Position numbers and translations under genes: made by a program. DNA of 63,981 nucleotides, counting the filler, from Piptocephalis cylindrospora (lineage: Eukaryota): the NCBI GenBank assembly GCA_003614145.1. It is 7 parts of 7 records of this genome, joined end to end, with 100 filler letters (N's around TTAATTAATTAA, not from the genome) between each part and the next. Parts side by side here need not be neighbours in the genome. Positions count along the whole stretch, not along the records: positions 18,838 to 28,137 come from KZ988093.1; positions 28,238 to 37,537 come from KZ988094.1; positions 37,638 to 46,935 come from KZ988095.1; 4 more parts are not named here. One strand, written 5' to 3'. Positions 25,306 through 40,510 of this stretch are shown piece after piece. How positions within the stretch are numbered: position 1 is the stretch's first letter; each line of letters begins with the position of its first letter. Below the pieces are notes generated by a model. That model saw only the letters and a program-made list of their open reading frames with translations. It did not search any database and was not told the DNA's origin.

Positions 25306-26565
25306 GATGATGTGGGAAGTGAGGGGAATTTAAGGAGAGGAGAGGATAGAATCCGTTGAGAAGAGAGGGATGGGAGAAGGAAAGAAAGAAAAGGGAGAGG
25401 GGGGTTCGGAAGGGAGGGGACTAAGAGTAAAATATAATTTTTGGGCCTATGGACGAATCGGGCTAACTTCATGCAACGAATTTGCGCGATGTGGAGCGTG
25501 GAGAGATCCTCAGTATGGGGGGTGTGTGTGAAGGGTGGAGATGAGGCTGCGGGTAGGCTTGGCCTAGTGTTAGTGTTAGTGTTTAGTGGAGAGGGGGTAT
25601 GGGAGGGGTGAGGGGCGATGTGCGGTAATGCGCGTCTTGAATCCTTCCGTGCTAGTAGCCCACATATGTCTGGACCAAAGGAGCAGGTTTCGGACCGAGT
25701 GTAATGTGCGGAGGGGAGTACGGAATGGGCGACCTGGATCCCGGGAGGACCCGGAAAGGCGGGTCGGATCAGTGTTGGCGTTCATTGCGGATGGCTGTTG
25801 GGGTGGGTGTTTTACGATTTCCTGATCCCATTGAGGAAATGTGTAATTATAATATTCTTTCAGTCGTGATGATGCAGCAAGTGTACTACTTTCGCTTTGA
25901 CAAGTCTGATTCATCCCAAGGGACCATCATTATCCTATGACGGCGGAAACGACTGGTGGGATCGTGCGTGCGAGGTATACAAGGAGAGTATAGGGATGGT
26001 CATCATTGAATTGGGCTTATTCCAGTATCATGGAGGTCATTGAACTTGGTGCAATCCTAAGCATCCTATCTCATCCATGTTCGTCCCCTGGTGGTCAGAG
26101 CATCATCTCTCTGGGACGAGGCTATCGCATTTGTGATGTCAACCCAGATGGATTTCACTTTTCATCCCCCAAGTCCAGAAAATGACTATTCTAAATTAAT
26201 TTCATTCTTTTTGGGCCTTTTTTTTACTCACCGCACTCGAGGATTGTCTGTGTGTGCTTGGAGGGCAGGGTCGATACCTTTGCTCCGTAACACCCTGGTA
26301 CTCTTCATACTTTAGATCCAAAGTCCTTCCTCATCCCATCCCCATCCCATCCCTTCCCCTCAGCCACCCGGGAATCTCCACCTAGCAAAGACGTGTGTGT
26401 GTGTATCTTCTCTAGCAGCGGTACCTCGTCCACTCCTACCACATCCTCGCCCTTTCCTCTCACTTTCCACAGCCAAACGCCTTCTTTCTCTTCTTCCTCC
26501 TTCCCTCCTCTCCCTTCCCATTTCCTCCCCCAACTTTCTCTGTTCTCACTCGGTTGTCCTTGGTC

Positions 26566-28075
26566 ATGGCCTCCAGACTCCTCCTCTCCAGCCTTTCCCG
26601 GGCAAAGACGGCCCCTCCCCGTCTTGGCTTCCAGGTGAGTGTCCTTCCATCCTCTTCCTCCCTTCATAACTCACCCCATCTCATCCCATCCCATCCCATC
26701 CCATCCTGCCCCTTCCTCCATCTAGTTCTCTCGTTCTCTGGCCACTGCCACATCAGCTGCCCCTAGCCAGCCCAAAACCCAAACCACTGTCCTTCCCTCG
26801 GGTCTCACTGTGGCCACCGAGTCCTTCCCTGGAGCTCCCACTGCCACCGTCGGTGTGTGGATTGACGCGGGCTCCAGGGCCGAGTCGGCCAGCAACAACG
26901 GTGCCGCTCACTTCCTCGAGCACATGGCCTTCAAGGGTACCGCCAACCGGTCTCGTGAAGACATTGAAATCCAAATTGAGAATATGGGCGCCCACCTCAA
27001 CGCCTACACCTCCCGCGAACAGACCGTCTATTACGCCAAGGCCTTTCAGTCGGATGTGCCCCAGTGCGTCGAGATCCTCTCGGACATCCTGCAAAACTCT
27101 AAGCTCGATGCCTCCGCCATCGAGCGTGAGCGTGGTGTCATCCTCCGGGAGCAGGAGGAGGTCAACAAGGTCATGGAGGAGGTTGTCTTTGATCATCTGC
27201 ACGCCACGGCCTTCCAGGGTCACTCCCTGGGCCGGACCATCCTTGGATCCGAGCACAACATCCGCTCCCTTCAGCGCGATGAGCTAGCCTCCTACATCCG
27301 ATCCCAGTACGCTGCTGACCGCATGGTCCTCGTGGGTACTGGAGGCATTGAGCATGACGCCCTGGTCCGTCTGGCCGAGCAGCATTTTGCCACCCTTCCC
27401 CGGTCCCTCACCCCGGCCGCCCACATCAAGCCCCACTTCTCCGGCTCGGATCTTCGTGTCCGCAACGATACCCTTCCCGCAGCCCACATCGCTCTGGCCG
27501 TCGAGGGCGTCGGTTGGAACCACCCCGATTACTACTCCCTCCTCGTCCTCCAGTCCGTCGTCGGATCCTGGGATAGGTCCCTGGGCGCCGCCCCCAATGT
27601 GTCCTCCCGTCTCGCCGCCGCGGTCCACGAGCACAACCTGGCCAACTCCTTCATGTCCTTCAACACCTCCTACTCCGACACCGGACTCTGGGGCATCTAC
27701 GCCGTCTCGGAGAACAAGCTCCAGCTTGATGATCTCATCTACAACATCCAAAAGGAATGGGCCCGTCTCTCCGTCTCGGTCACCGATGCCGAGGTTCTTC
27801 GTGCCAAGCAACAGCTCAAGGCTGCCCTCCTCCTTCAGCTCGATGGTTCCACCGCCGTCGCCGAGGACCTGGGCCGTCAGCTTGTTACCACCGGGAAGCG
27901 TGTTGAGCCCGCCGAGATGGAGCGTCTCGTCGATGCCGTCTCCACCAAGGATGTCCGTCGTGTCGCCTCCAACTACCTTTGGGACAAGGATGTGGCTGTC
28001 GTCGGTGTCGGCCCCATCGAGTCCCTCACCGATTACACCCGTCTTCGTGGCGCCATGTCCTGGAACCGATTCTAA
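26566..28075 (+). CDS. MAS1: Mitochondrial processing peptidase beta subunit / bc1 core protein 1
   Basis: Presequence MASRLLLSSLSR, intact HFLEH Zn motif, LNAYTSREQT and YSDTGLWG. Intron 26635-26724. Confidence 0.96.
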
Positions 28076-28137
28076 ACTCAAAGGTGTGTCATGTGTGCGA
28101 GCGAGAGAAACGATGAAGGGGAGGGGGGGGGGGGGGG

Positions 28138-28237
28138 NNNNNNNNNNNNNNNNNNNNNNNNNNNNNNNNNNNNNNNNNNNNTTAATTAATTAANNNNNNN
28201 NNNNNNNNNNNNNNNNNNNNNNNNNNNNNNNNNNNNN
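28138..28237. other. Artificial contig linker
   Basis: 44 N + TTAATTAATTAA + 44 N. Confidence 0.98.
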
Positions 28238-29129
28238 CTTCTCGACCTCTTTTTTGACGGTACAGAGCTCCCTTGGGTAAAGAGATCATGATATTGTCCA
28301 TCTTGAGATCTCGATGCTGGATCCCCTGAGCCTCCAACTTGGCCAATTCGTAGAAGAAAGGCAGAATGATCCTGACGGTATACTCCTCTGGGAATGGTGT
28401 AAAGGGTTTATGCTCCTTGTTGTACCCGGGGAGCTCTGTACCGTCAAAAAAGAGGTCGAGAAGAGAATACTTAAACTTCTCCATGATTAGCATCCATGAT
28501 CCAGTGGCCTCCAGGACAATGTCCAAGGGGCGGGCCACGGCGGAAGGGGCAGCCGCATAGGCTCTGATATGAGTAATCATCTCATCCTCCACATCCCTCG
28601 CAGTCATGTACTTTGACTTCTTGGAGATGAGCTTGACGGCAAATTTGGGATGAACGGATGGAGTTTTCCATGATCCACTGACTACCGATCCATATCTCCC
28701 AGAACCAAGAGCGTTGGTAGGTTTCTTCAAGGTAAATTTACCATGTACCCAATCCCAGTCCTTGAGATGAATGTGGGTTGGGCGAGGGAACCTTAGGCTA
28801 GCCAACGACTCGGACATATCCTTAGGAGACTGATGTGGATTCACCTTGGTGTACATCATACCAAAGGAATCCTTTACTGCCTTGATGGCACATCTTTCCC
28901 AATGACGACTACTACCCTTGAAGAGAGCATCACCGGGGTCAGGGAGTAACGGCACACTCCGTCCAGGGCCCGATTGGGATAATGGATCAATTAGAGGACA
29001 CTCGAATGCAAATTGCATGGTGAGCAACCCTGGAAGTGACATGAGCAGAAAAAGGAAAGTCGGTGAGATTTGATTCCCAAGAGAACGAAATCCGATGATT
29101 GCATTCATTATACGAAAAGCAAAGGACAT
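28238..29129 (-). CDS. Ser/Thr protein kinase with hydrophobic N-terminus, 3' truncated
   Basis: LGSGRYGSV, FAVKLI, EDE alphaC and HRDLKMDNIMI. N-terminal TFLFLLMSLPGLLTMQFAF. No introns in the visible part; TATAAATA at 29308-29301. Confidence 0.88.
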
Positions 29130-30392
29130 GATGAATGGACGGATAAATAAGCGCGAGGAGAGATTGAAGCTTGGGAATGAGAAGTCAATACTACAAGGTC
29201 GTTAAAACACCAATAGATTTATCGTAACTATGAGGGAATAGGAGAGGGAGGAGGGAAATTTAGATGCGGGAGAAGGGTGGATGTAGAATGATGTTGGCAT
29301 TATTTATAGAGGAAGGAGAGCCGGAGCATTATAAATTATACACCAGGGATTGGAGATACGTGGAGTACCAACCCTGCATAGCCTCTTTTTGCCCCTGGGG
29401 AGATTCTAGACCAAGCAAAATCTACCTTTGAATGCCATCCCCCCCCCCCCTTCTGCCCAGGTACTAACAGGTCACTTACCCGATTTGATCCGTCAAAAGT
29501 GACCTTATGGAAACACATGGGAAGGAACAAGGCTGCTTTTGATTGGCAGCCCTTGAAACGGGCAAGAAACTAAGATTTCGACTCCATGGGTCCCCGATTG
29601 GACTATTTTAAGCTCCGCTCCACTTTTGATTGATATCTTTACCGCAATGGGAAAGCAAGTGAGGAGTCGTGCTCAACACATCTAACGTACCTGTACGATG
29701 ATGCGACACATGGATCTCTAATCTCTCCATTGCTCAGCCTAAAGTGAGATCAAAAAACAAAAAAATAAAGCAAAGGACATGGCTAAGAGGAGAATGAGAG
29801 CGAGGGTATGAATACCAGAGCAGAGGGAGGACGGAGTGATAAGAGGAAGAGGGTGGATACAGGTGCTGGAAAGATACCATCATGTGTAGGGGATATAATA
29901 TATATCTCTTGTTTTGGGGCATAGACTAAAAGGAATCTATCTTTTAGTAATACGCTACTTTTGCCTATTATGACACTTTACAGTTGGGTTTGACCTGTCT
30001 TGGCTGAGACATTATGCCTTCGAATTTGTCTTCAAGCGAACAAACATATGGTTTCTCTAATTCATCCTAATTGTTTAAATTGTTCACGAGCCATGTCTGG
30101 AACCTTTGGCTTAATATATATCTCATTTTTATGTCTTTTCAGTCAACTGCATCCTTGGTTTCCATGGAAGCGTACTGGATTGCCTAAAGGGAAATATTAA
30201 ACCTTATTAGTACTTGGGTCTGGCGAAAGCTCCTTGAAAAGCGAACATACTGAGCGGAATTATGTATCTCTATATACGGTGTGAGCAAGGATATAGCCCA
30301 AGCCATTTTCATAATGAGATCAGTCCTACATTTTCGACACCTAGGGCGGATGAAAGGGAACATTGAATCTCATTTAAACACCATACAGTCCT

Positions 30393-32867
<2,475 letters not shown>

Positions 32868-33299
32868 CAGAAAGAGGAGCGGATTTGGTCGTGAGGTATA
32901 GGGAGAGGGCAAAGCAAAGGGTAGGGTAGAGGCATCGGAGAGGATCGGGGAGATTCATGGTGAAGTCCTGATATGATTGTGTGGACGAGAGAGATGTAGC
33001 GGAATTCTAGGATGGTCAACACGCGTTTTCTTGTATTTAACTATCAGGCGTTATCAGCTGCAGTTTCATCCTAATAAACGCTACAGGACACGCCATAACC
33101 AATAGAATGAAGATTTATTCTTTTGGTTTTTACACTCCAAAAAAAGTGAGCGTCATGCCATGATGGTGTAGCCAGAAAATGGCTTTGTCTCTTCAGTCTA
33201 TTCTCTCCTGATTACCATGTTTGAGCTCATGTGCTCTTGGTAGTAGTGATAGTAGTGTTATTAGGGGCACGTGCCATTTCATTCTATACTGTATTTCCC

Positions 33300-34611
33300 T
33301 CATTCCCCAAAGTCATCCCATTCATCTGTATGGCAGAAATTCAGGTGAAATCGTGAGTCAACTTCCCTCGACCCTCTTTCATATAAATACGTACCTTCGG
33401 TAATGGCATCCCAGAAACGGAAGAGCATCCAACCGGCTGTGGTTAGGAGCAAGGTGCCCAGCCACTCCCCATCCATGTCACCTTTTGTACTATCACACAT
33501 AACATGGGATAGCCAGATCATCACGGCCTGGGACACGACAAAGAGAACGGCCGCAAACCCCAGGTCGACTAGATGAGAGGAGTGAGCATAGCAGAAGAGA
33601 GGTGAGGTTCAATGTCATAGATACTCCTTACCGAAAGGCTTTCGGACCCCTAGATGGACATAGACAAGGAGAACCTGGGTACAGATGTAGAAAAAGGCAC
33701 ACGCGGCAGGGATGACAAAGACAAAGGTGAATAGGGGAGCCCCCATGGCCGTGACCTGATTGTACCCAGCACCCAGATCAAATCCTGCAGTGGCCCCAAG
33801 CACCCCTGTCACTACACCAAATACGGCTGATACTCCTATCGTGATCTTGTTGGTGGGAAAGAAGGAAGGGTCAAGATCTTTCTTCTCTCCAATGAAGGAT
33901 AAATCCCCTCATGTACTAGATCTTACAAGCAAGGATAAGGTTGTGCCATCCGGGATGATCTGCCAAGCAATAAGACCATTGATAAAGAGAGCCACAAGTG
34001 CAGCACAGCTTGCCCCAATCTGGATACACGCAAAAACCTAGGTTAATAAATACGTGCAAGAGGGTTTATCAGTAGGAGTTGTAGGAAAAGAGAGAGAGGC
34101 AGAGAGATGTGTAAGACGAATATTACCTTGATGACCGACCTAACTCCAAGGAAACCTCCCTGGCAAAAAATCTGAAAGATGAGGGCAAGAATCCACCATG
34201 CATACATAATGTTCATTTCCGAACGACCTGATGAGGAAAGAAAGGGAGATGAGGAATTTTTTAGTCAATGGACATGGACTAAATAAAGACGTGATCAAGG
34301 ATGACTTACCCACGGCAGCCACCTTTCTTCGTGTCCGGAACATGAGGACGGCAATGACACACACACTTATCCCACATATCACCACGCCGGCTGTAGCAGA
34401 CAAGATTGGATCATGAAGCATGAGTAGTCATCATCATGGGAAGAGATGAATGTGCCATGAACTTACCAACATTAGGAAGGGAAATGGTATTGACGGGTTT
34501 ACACTCTCTAGGAACATCCAGGAGAGAGCAGACAGAGTAGGGTGCCGATTCACAAATAGCAAAGGAGCCATACCCCGAAGTATAATTGGGTGAGGCTACT
34601 GACTCACTCAT
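33300..34611 (-). CDS. CHS7: Chitin synthase export chaperone (Chs7 family)
   Basis: YGSFAICES...CSLL, RRKVAAVG/RSEM, multiple TM helices and FWDAITE/DEW at the end. Multi-exon. Confidence 0.82.
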
Positions 34612-35140
34612 GACTAATATTTAAGGGTGAAGAAACAGTATAGGATAGGATGTGATAAAATTGGCAAAAAAAGGCGAGGAAAGAAGGAAAAGGGAAAGGA
34701 AGGGAAAGAAACAACAGAGAGGGGTGGGATGAGGAAGTAGACACAAGGGAGAAGATAAGTAGAGGGTTTTATTCACGATGAGGCGTAGTGGTGGTAGTGA
34801 TGATGGGTGACGAGCAAGTGGAAACAGGGGTGCAAAAGACCAAGGACAGAAGGGTATGGCTTGACCAGGGTGGTTGAAGAGGGAAGACTGGACCCTTTCA
34901 AGGACCATCTCATCCCATCCACCCCATTTGGTCGTAATTCCACGACTCTCCCACTCCCATCCTACTGTCTTCCCCCAAGACATTGCTAAAGTGGTTCGGA
35001 CGAGGACCTAGGAGGGATGACATAGGCTGAGACGGAGATGATCGTGGGCAGATAGGTCGGCTGGAAGGGTCAGAGTGCTCAGGAGGACCAGGTATGCATG
35101 GGTGAACAGCAAGGTGTGTCAAGCAAATTGGAGTATTCAG

Positions 35141-35260
35141 GAGAGGTTGTCGTCGGAGTAGCCAGGGTCTGGTCGGAGTAGATACAAAACCTGGTCGGAG
35201 TTGGCAGGATATGGTCGGAGTGAACGGGATATGGTTGGAATGGATAGGGTATGGTTGGAT
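35141..35260. repeat. Degenerate ~20-bp tandem repeat, about 6 copies
   Basis: Core (G)GTYGGA recurs at about 35152, 35172, 35194, 35214, 35234 and 35254. Confidence 0.75.
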
Positions 35261-37537
35261 GACACTTGCAAAGGTGCTGGGCGTACTTTAGCAGATGAAG
35301 ACGAATTTTAAATAGATCTGAAAGTAGTCTATGAGAAAGCATGTTTGCAAAAATGCCAGTGACAATATACAAAAAAAGGGAAGATGGATGGAAAGGAAAA
35401 ACGCAGGGGCTGACGTAGAGGGAAGATTGAAAGATGATGCATCAGAGCACTCAAGGAATGTCTCGGTGAATAGAATAAAGTCCCAAGGGTAGTCTACACA
35501 ACGGAAAGCTAAATTGGAAGGACTTGACAAGTAGGTAAGGAAGCAAGATGGAATATGCACGTGAATAGGATTCCTTTAGATTCCTAGAATAAAAAGCATG
35601 CAGAAAAAGTGAAATTAGGACGGAATGTTCATGAAGAGATAAGGTATCAGATGAGAGAACTGGTTAAAGAGAAATGGATGTAATCCTCTAGGATGACCGT
35701 ACATCTTAGGACATGATTGTACCACTCTACCTTTACTATGAGTACTTTCATGATGGTCAGATGCAAGAGATGAGAGTCCCTCACATCCTCTCGACGCGCT
35801 GATACCTGATCCGAGGAAACATGCCACACACCAGGCCTTTTCGGAATGCCTTTTGTTTCCTTTCCCCATTCTTGACCTGATTCCGTCACCATCCACGGTA
35901 AGTTTAATCGCCGTTCCTCATCCTCCACTTTGAGAATGCTTTACAGATGCAGATGATGGTATATTGTAAAAGGTTTGATCCGATTGGGCGGATCAGTCGA
36001 TGGATGCTATATGGGACCCACTTGCTCCCTGTCCTGAGGAGGACCCTCCCTGCCGCGTCCGCATTTTCTTACACTAATACGTGGAGAACACGGAGTTGAG
36101 GAGGAGGAGACGCCGTCTGATAATCTTCGTTCCTGAGGAAGAGGACCCACTCCTCAAACGGATCTTTTAAGGGTCTATGGGACGGTAAGGCCAGACGGAC
36201 AATGCAAGACGCTTGCAAGCTACCGGGTATCTCCAAGCTCTCTGTGCCAGCTCTTGCTCCTCCCTCTCTTTACTCTACTTGGGCAAGGTGGGGGAGTCGG
36301 GGACGGTCAGAGAAGGAGGAGATGCTATAGGGATCTGGTGCATATGTTTTGCCCAGCGTCACAAGGACGGTAGTAACATTTCCATCTCTTTCCTCCCCTT
36401 CATCATTCCTCTTTTCCTTGAGGATATCTCCAGTAAAGGGGAATGATGAAGGGGAGAATAGGGAAGGGATCTTTGAGGTTATCAAGTCATTCAAGACCAA
36501 GGTGAATGCTTTGAATGGTGGATACCTCATGGACAGTGATCGATCTACGTAGGCACGTAGATGTACCGCTAGGCTAAGCAAGCCCATGGCTTTGAGATCT
36601 AGGATCTGTTCCTGGATCCATAGAGGGGTGCGATTGGAGGAGGAAGAGGGCCTAAACCACCCCTTCTCCCCCTCTCCACTCTACTTTATGAGCCATCGAG
36701 GTATGGGGCCTTTGGCGGATAGGAAAGGGAGGAAGAGGGGGAGGATGAGTCGTCTTGTTCGGCCTCTTCTTGCTCTCTGATCATGCTCTCCGCTTCCCAT
36801 CCCCAGAAATTCTGGCGTAGCGGGGTAGGATGTCTCGTTTGGACAGAGGAGAGAGCGGGTCTTGTAGAATTATCCCCACATCTCTGACCAAGTCGGAAGG
36901 GATGACCAACGGTTAGAATCCCAAGGCTTTATCCGGCGACCATCCATTTTATCCTGATGAGATGGATGGACCGGATAGAGTAGGATCGCTGATGCATCCA
37001 ACTGTATCCCATTCTCGCTTAATCACTCTACATTCGTCTTGCCTTTGATCCATCGCACTCACCTCACCAATCCTCCTAGGGACGACCAGTGAAGAGTAGG
37101 TGAGTCGAGTCTAATGGATCATGCAATTTAATTTTTTTCATACGCGTACTGTTGTTTAGGAGAGTTACTGCAATCATAATTTCAATCGTTGCATTTCCAA
37201 AATATGAGATATTGATACTAAGGAGAGGGAGCAATGAGATCAAGGCATATCACTCTTCCTTCATACAAGCAAGCCTTTCCCACTTGTGGCAAGTCGCCGT
37301 TGACACATGAGGAGAGGAAACTTGATTGATGTAAAGGTCGCCCTTGCCCCGCCGTCTCCGCCACCTTTGATCCTCACCTTTTACCCCCCCCCCCCCCCCC
37401 CCCCCCTCCCCCCCCCCCCCCCCCCACCCTCCTCCCCTCTCTGCTCCTACTCTCCCTCCCCCCTGCTCACCCCCTCAGCCGCCCCCTCTCCTGGCCGTGT
37501 CAATTGTACGTGCGTGCGGGCGTGTTTTGTGTGCTGG

Positions 37538-37637
37538 NNNNNNNNNNNNNNNNNNNNNNNNNNNNNNNNNNNNNNNNNNNNTTAATTAATTAANNNNNNN
37601 NNNNNNNNNNNNNNNNNNNNNNNNNNNNNNNNNNNNN
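37538..37637. other. Artificial contig linker
   Basis: 44 N + TTAATTAATTAA + 44 N. Confidence 0.98.
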
Positions 37638-37768
37638 CTCCCTCCTCCTTCTAAAGCCCTCCCCTGTGTTTCTCAGCCGCTCCTTCCTTTCTTCTTTCTC
37701 CTCTACCTCTCTCTCTCCCCTCCTCCTCCCCCCACCTCCCTCCTCTTCTCCTCTCCCCCCTCCCCCCA

Positions 37769-40215
37769 ATGGATCAAAGCCTCATTAACCTTGTTAACCG
37801 TCTTCAAGACGCCTTTTCCACGGTCGGAGTCGCCAACCCTGTGGACTTGCCGCAGATCGTGGTTATTGGCGCGCAATCTTCTGGCAAGTCCTCTGTCTTG
37901 GAGAACATTGTTGGTCGAGACTTCCTCCCCCGTGGTACCGGCATTGTGACTCGTCGGCCCCTGGTAAGCCGACTTGAACACTAGCGTCTTATGGATCATC
38001 CCCGCTTACCCCTTCCTCCTTAGATCCTCCAATTGATTCACCGCCCCAAACTCAAGCAATCTTCCCCAGCATCCGGATCCGGATCGGATGCTGAAGTGCC
38101 CTCAGAAGACGCTCGGGCTGGCTCCCCCCCCGGAGCACCTGGGAATGAGGCTGACGAGTGGGGCGAGTTCCTCCATCTCCCTGGGCAGAAATTCTCCGAT
38201 TTCAACAAGATCCGCGAAGAAATCGTCAAAGACACAGAAGTCAAGACCGGAAGGAATGCAGGTGAGTACAAATGGGAGGGAGGCAAAAAGGAACCTCCCC
38301 TGTCTCTCATCCTCCCTCCCCCCTCCATTAGGAATCTCCCCCCAGCCCATCAACCTCCGTATCTACTCGCCAAACGTCCTTACTCTCACCCTCGTGGACC
38401 TCCCAGGTCTCACCAAGGTCCCAGTAGGGGATCAGCCCAAGGACATTGAACGTCAAATTCGGGATATGATCTTCAAGTACATTACCAAGCCCAACGCCAT
38501 TATCCTCGCCGTCACCGCCGCTAATGCCGATCTGGCCAACTCGGATGGGCTCAAGATGGCCCGGGAAGTGGACCCAGAGGGCTCCCGTACCATCGGTGTC
38601 CTCTCCAAGGTCGATCTGATGGACCAGGGCACGGATGTAGTGGATATCCTCGCCGGTCGTGTCATCCCCCTGAGACTCGGGTATGTCCCAGTGGTGAACC
38701 GAGGTCAGAAGGACATTGCCCAGAACCGGAGCATCAAGTACGCCCTGGAGGCTGAGGCCGCCTTCTTCGAGAACCATTCCGCCTACCGCTCCAAGGCCCA
38801 GTACTGCGGGACCCCCTTCTTGGCCCGCAAGCTCAACTCCATCCTCATGCATCATATTCGCTCCACCCTCCCGGAGATCAAAGCCAAGATCCAGCAAATG
38901 CTCGGCAAGTACCAGATGGAGCTCCTTCAGCTTGGTGATCCCCTGGGTGAGGGTCAGGGCTCCCAGGCCAGTCTGGTCCTCTCTGTTATCACTGACTTTT
39001 GCAATGAGTTCCGCACCCTCATTGACGGGTCCAACAACGACCTCAGTACCAATGAACTGTCCGGGGGTGCTAGGATTAGCTTTGTCTTTCACGAAGTCTA
39101 CAGTAATGGCGTCAAATCCATTGATCCCTTTGACCAGGTCAAGGACGTGGATATCCGTACCATTCTCTACAACTCCTCCGGTTCCTCCCCCGCCCTCTTC
39201 GTCGCCACCACTGCCTTTGAGGTCATCGTCAAGCAGCAGGTCCGTCGTCTAGAGGAACCCTCGATCAAGTGTATCACCCTGGTCTACGACGAACTGTGCC
39301 GTATTCTCAACCAGCTCTTGAGTAAGCCCCTGTTCAAGCGGTTCCCTGAACTTCGGGACCGCTTTCACTCGGCCGTCATTGCCTTCTACAAGAAGGCCCT
39401 CCAACCCACTAATAAGCTCGTTCAGGACCTCATCTCCATGGAGGCCACCTACATCAACACGGGTCATCCCGATTTCCTCGGGGGTCATCGGGCCATGGCC
39501 GTTGTCCAGGACCGGATGATCGCCCGGAATGGCGGAGGTGGGCAAGGAGCCGGTGGGGCTGGTAACTCCGTCCCCGACCGTTCCACCCCCACCACCGGAG
39601 GCAAGTCCTCGGTCATCCCCGGTCTCGGTGGAGGTTCCTCCTCGAACCCCTCCTCCCAGGGGGGCTACCCCACTGGCATTGGTCGGCCCAATGTGGACAC
39701 CATCAACGGCTTCCTCGATGACCCCAACCAGGGTTCCTCGGGAACTTCGGGCTTCTTTGGCTCATTCTTCTCCTCCTCCTCCTCTGCAGCCAAGAAGAAG
39801 AGGAACGCCGCCCTTGAGGCTCCTCCCCCCATCCTCAAGGCCAGTGGCACCCTCTCCGACCGGGAGTACATGGAGACCGAGGTCATCAAGCTCCTCATCC
39901 AATCCTACTTCAATATTGTCAAGCGTACCGTCATCGACACCGTTCCCAAGGCCGTCATGCTCAATCTCGTCGCCCACTCCAAGGACTCCCTCCAAAATGA
40001 ACTTCTTCAGCAGTTGTACAAGGCCGAGAAGCTCGAGGAGCTCCTGGCCGAAAGTGAGTTTACCCAGGTCAGAAGAAAAGAGTGTAAGAAGATGATTGAG
40101 GCCTTGCAAAAGGCTGATGAGGTAAGTCTCCAATCCAGCGCGGATAAGGGCATAGGAGTAATGGTAGTGCCTTACATAGTTACCCTCTTTCATGTAGATT
40201 GTTGCTGCTGTTTAA
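37769..40215 (+). CDS. VPS1: Dynamin-related GTPase Vps1
   Basis: [43 protein letters not shown] and GED domain. Exons at about 37769-37963, 38024-38261, 38332-40121 and 40198-40215. Confidence 0.95.
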
Positions 40216-40510
40216 ATCAAGCTATTGTCCTCCTGTGCCACGAGAAAGAGCGGATGAGTGGACTGGATGAGAGAGTAGAGGGTGAAAGTGAACGTGGAGG
40301 GAATGGTGGTTGGTTATGTGAGCAAGATGGAAGAATATCCTCTCATGGAATGCACATGTCTTTTCGTCATCACATGTATCCTCTCCTTCATTCATCTCAA
40401 ACATCATAGCCATCCACATGGAAAGATAAGAGAGAGAGAGAGAGAGCTATAGTGTCCACATCACCCCATCTCCCCCATCCACCCTGACACGCCTTTTCTA
40501 GGATTCAGGA

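Noticed and set aside
25866..25910. C/D snoRNA (GTGATGA...CTGA)
   Set aside because: Only about 45 nt, with no convincing terminal stem or recognisable rRNA guide.
23085..28193. Long antisense or alternate-frame ORFs over ThrRS and MPP-beta (likewise over VPS1, septin, FBP1)
   Set aside because: Shadows of C-rich third-position codon bias in real genes.
35141..35260. CRISPR-like array
   Set aside because: Period is only about 20 bp, the core is degenerate, the context is eukaryotic and there are no cas genes.
35900..36800. Gene in the gap after CHS7
   Set aside because: Only short stop-interrupted frames, with no consistent splice model or motif; at most a relic.
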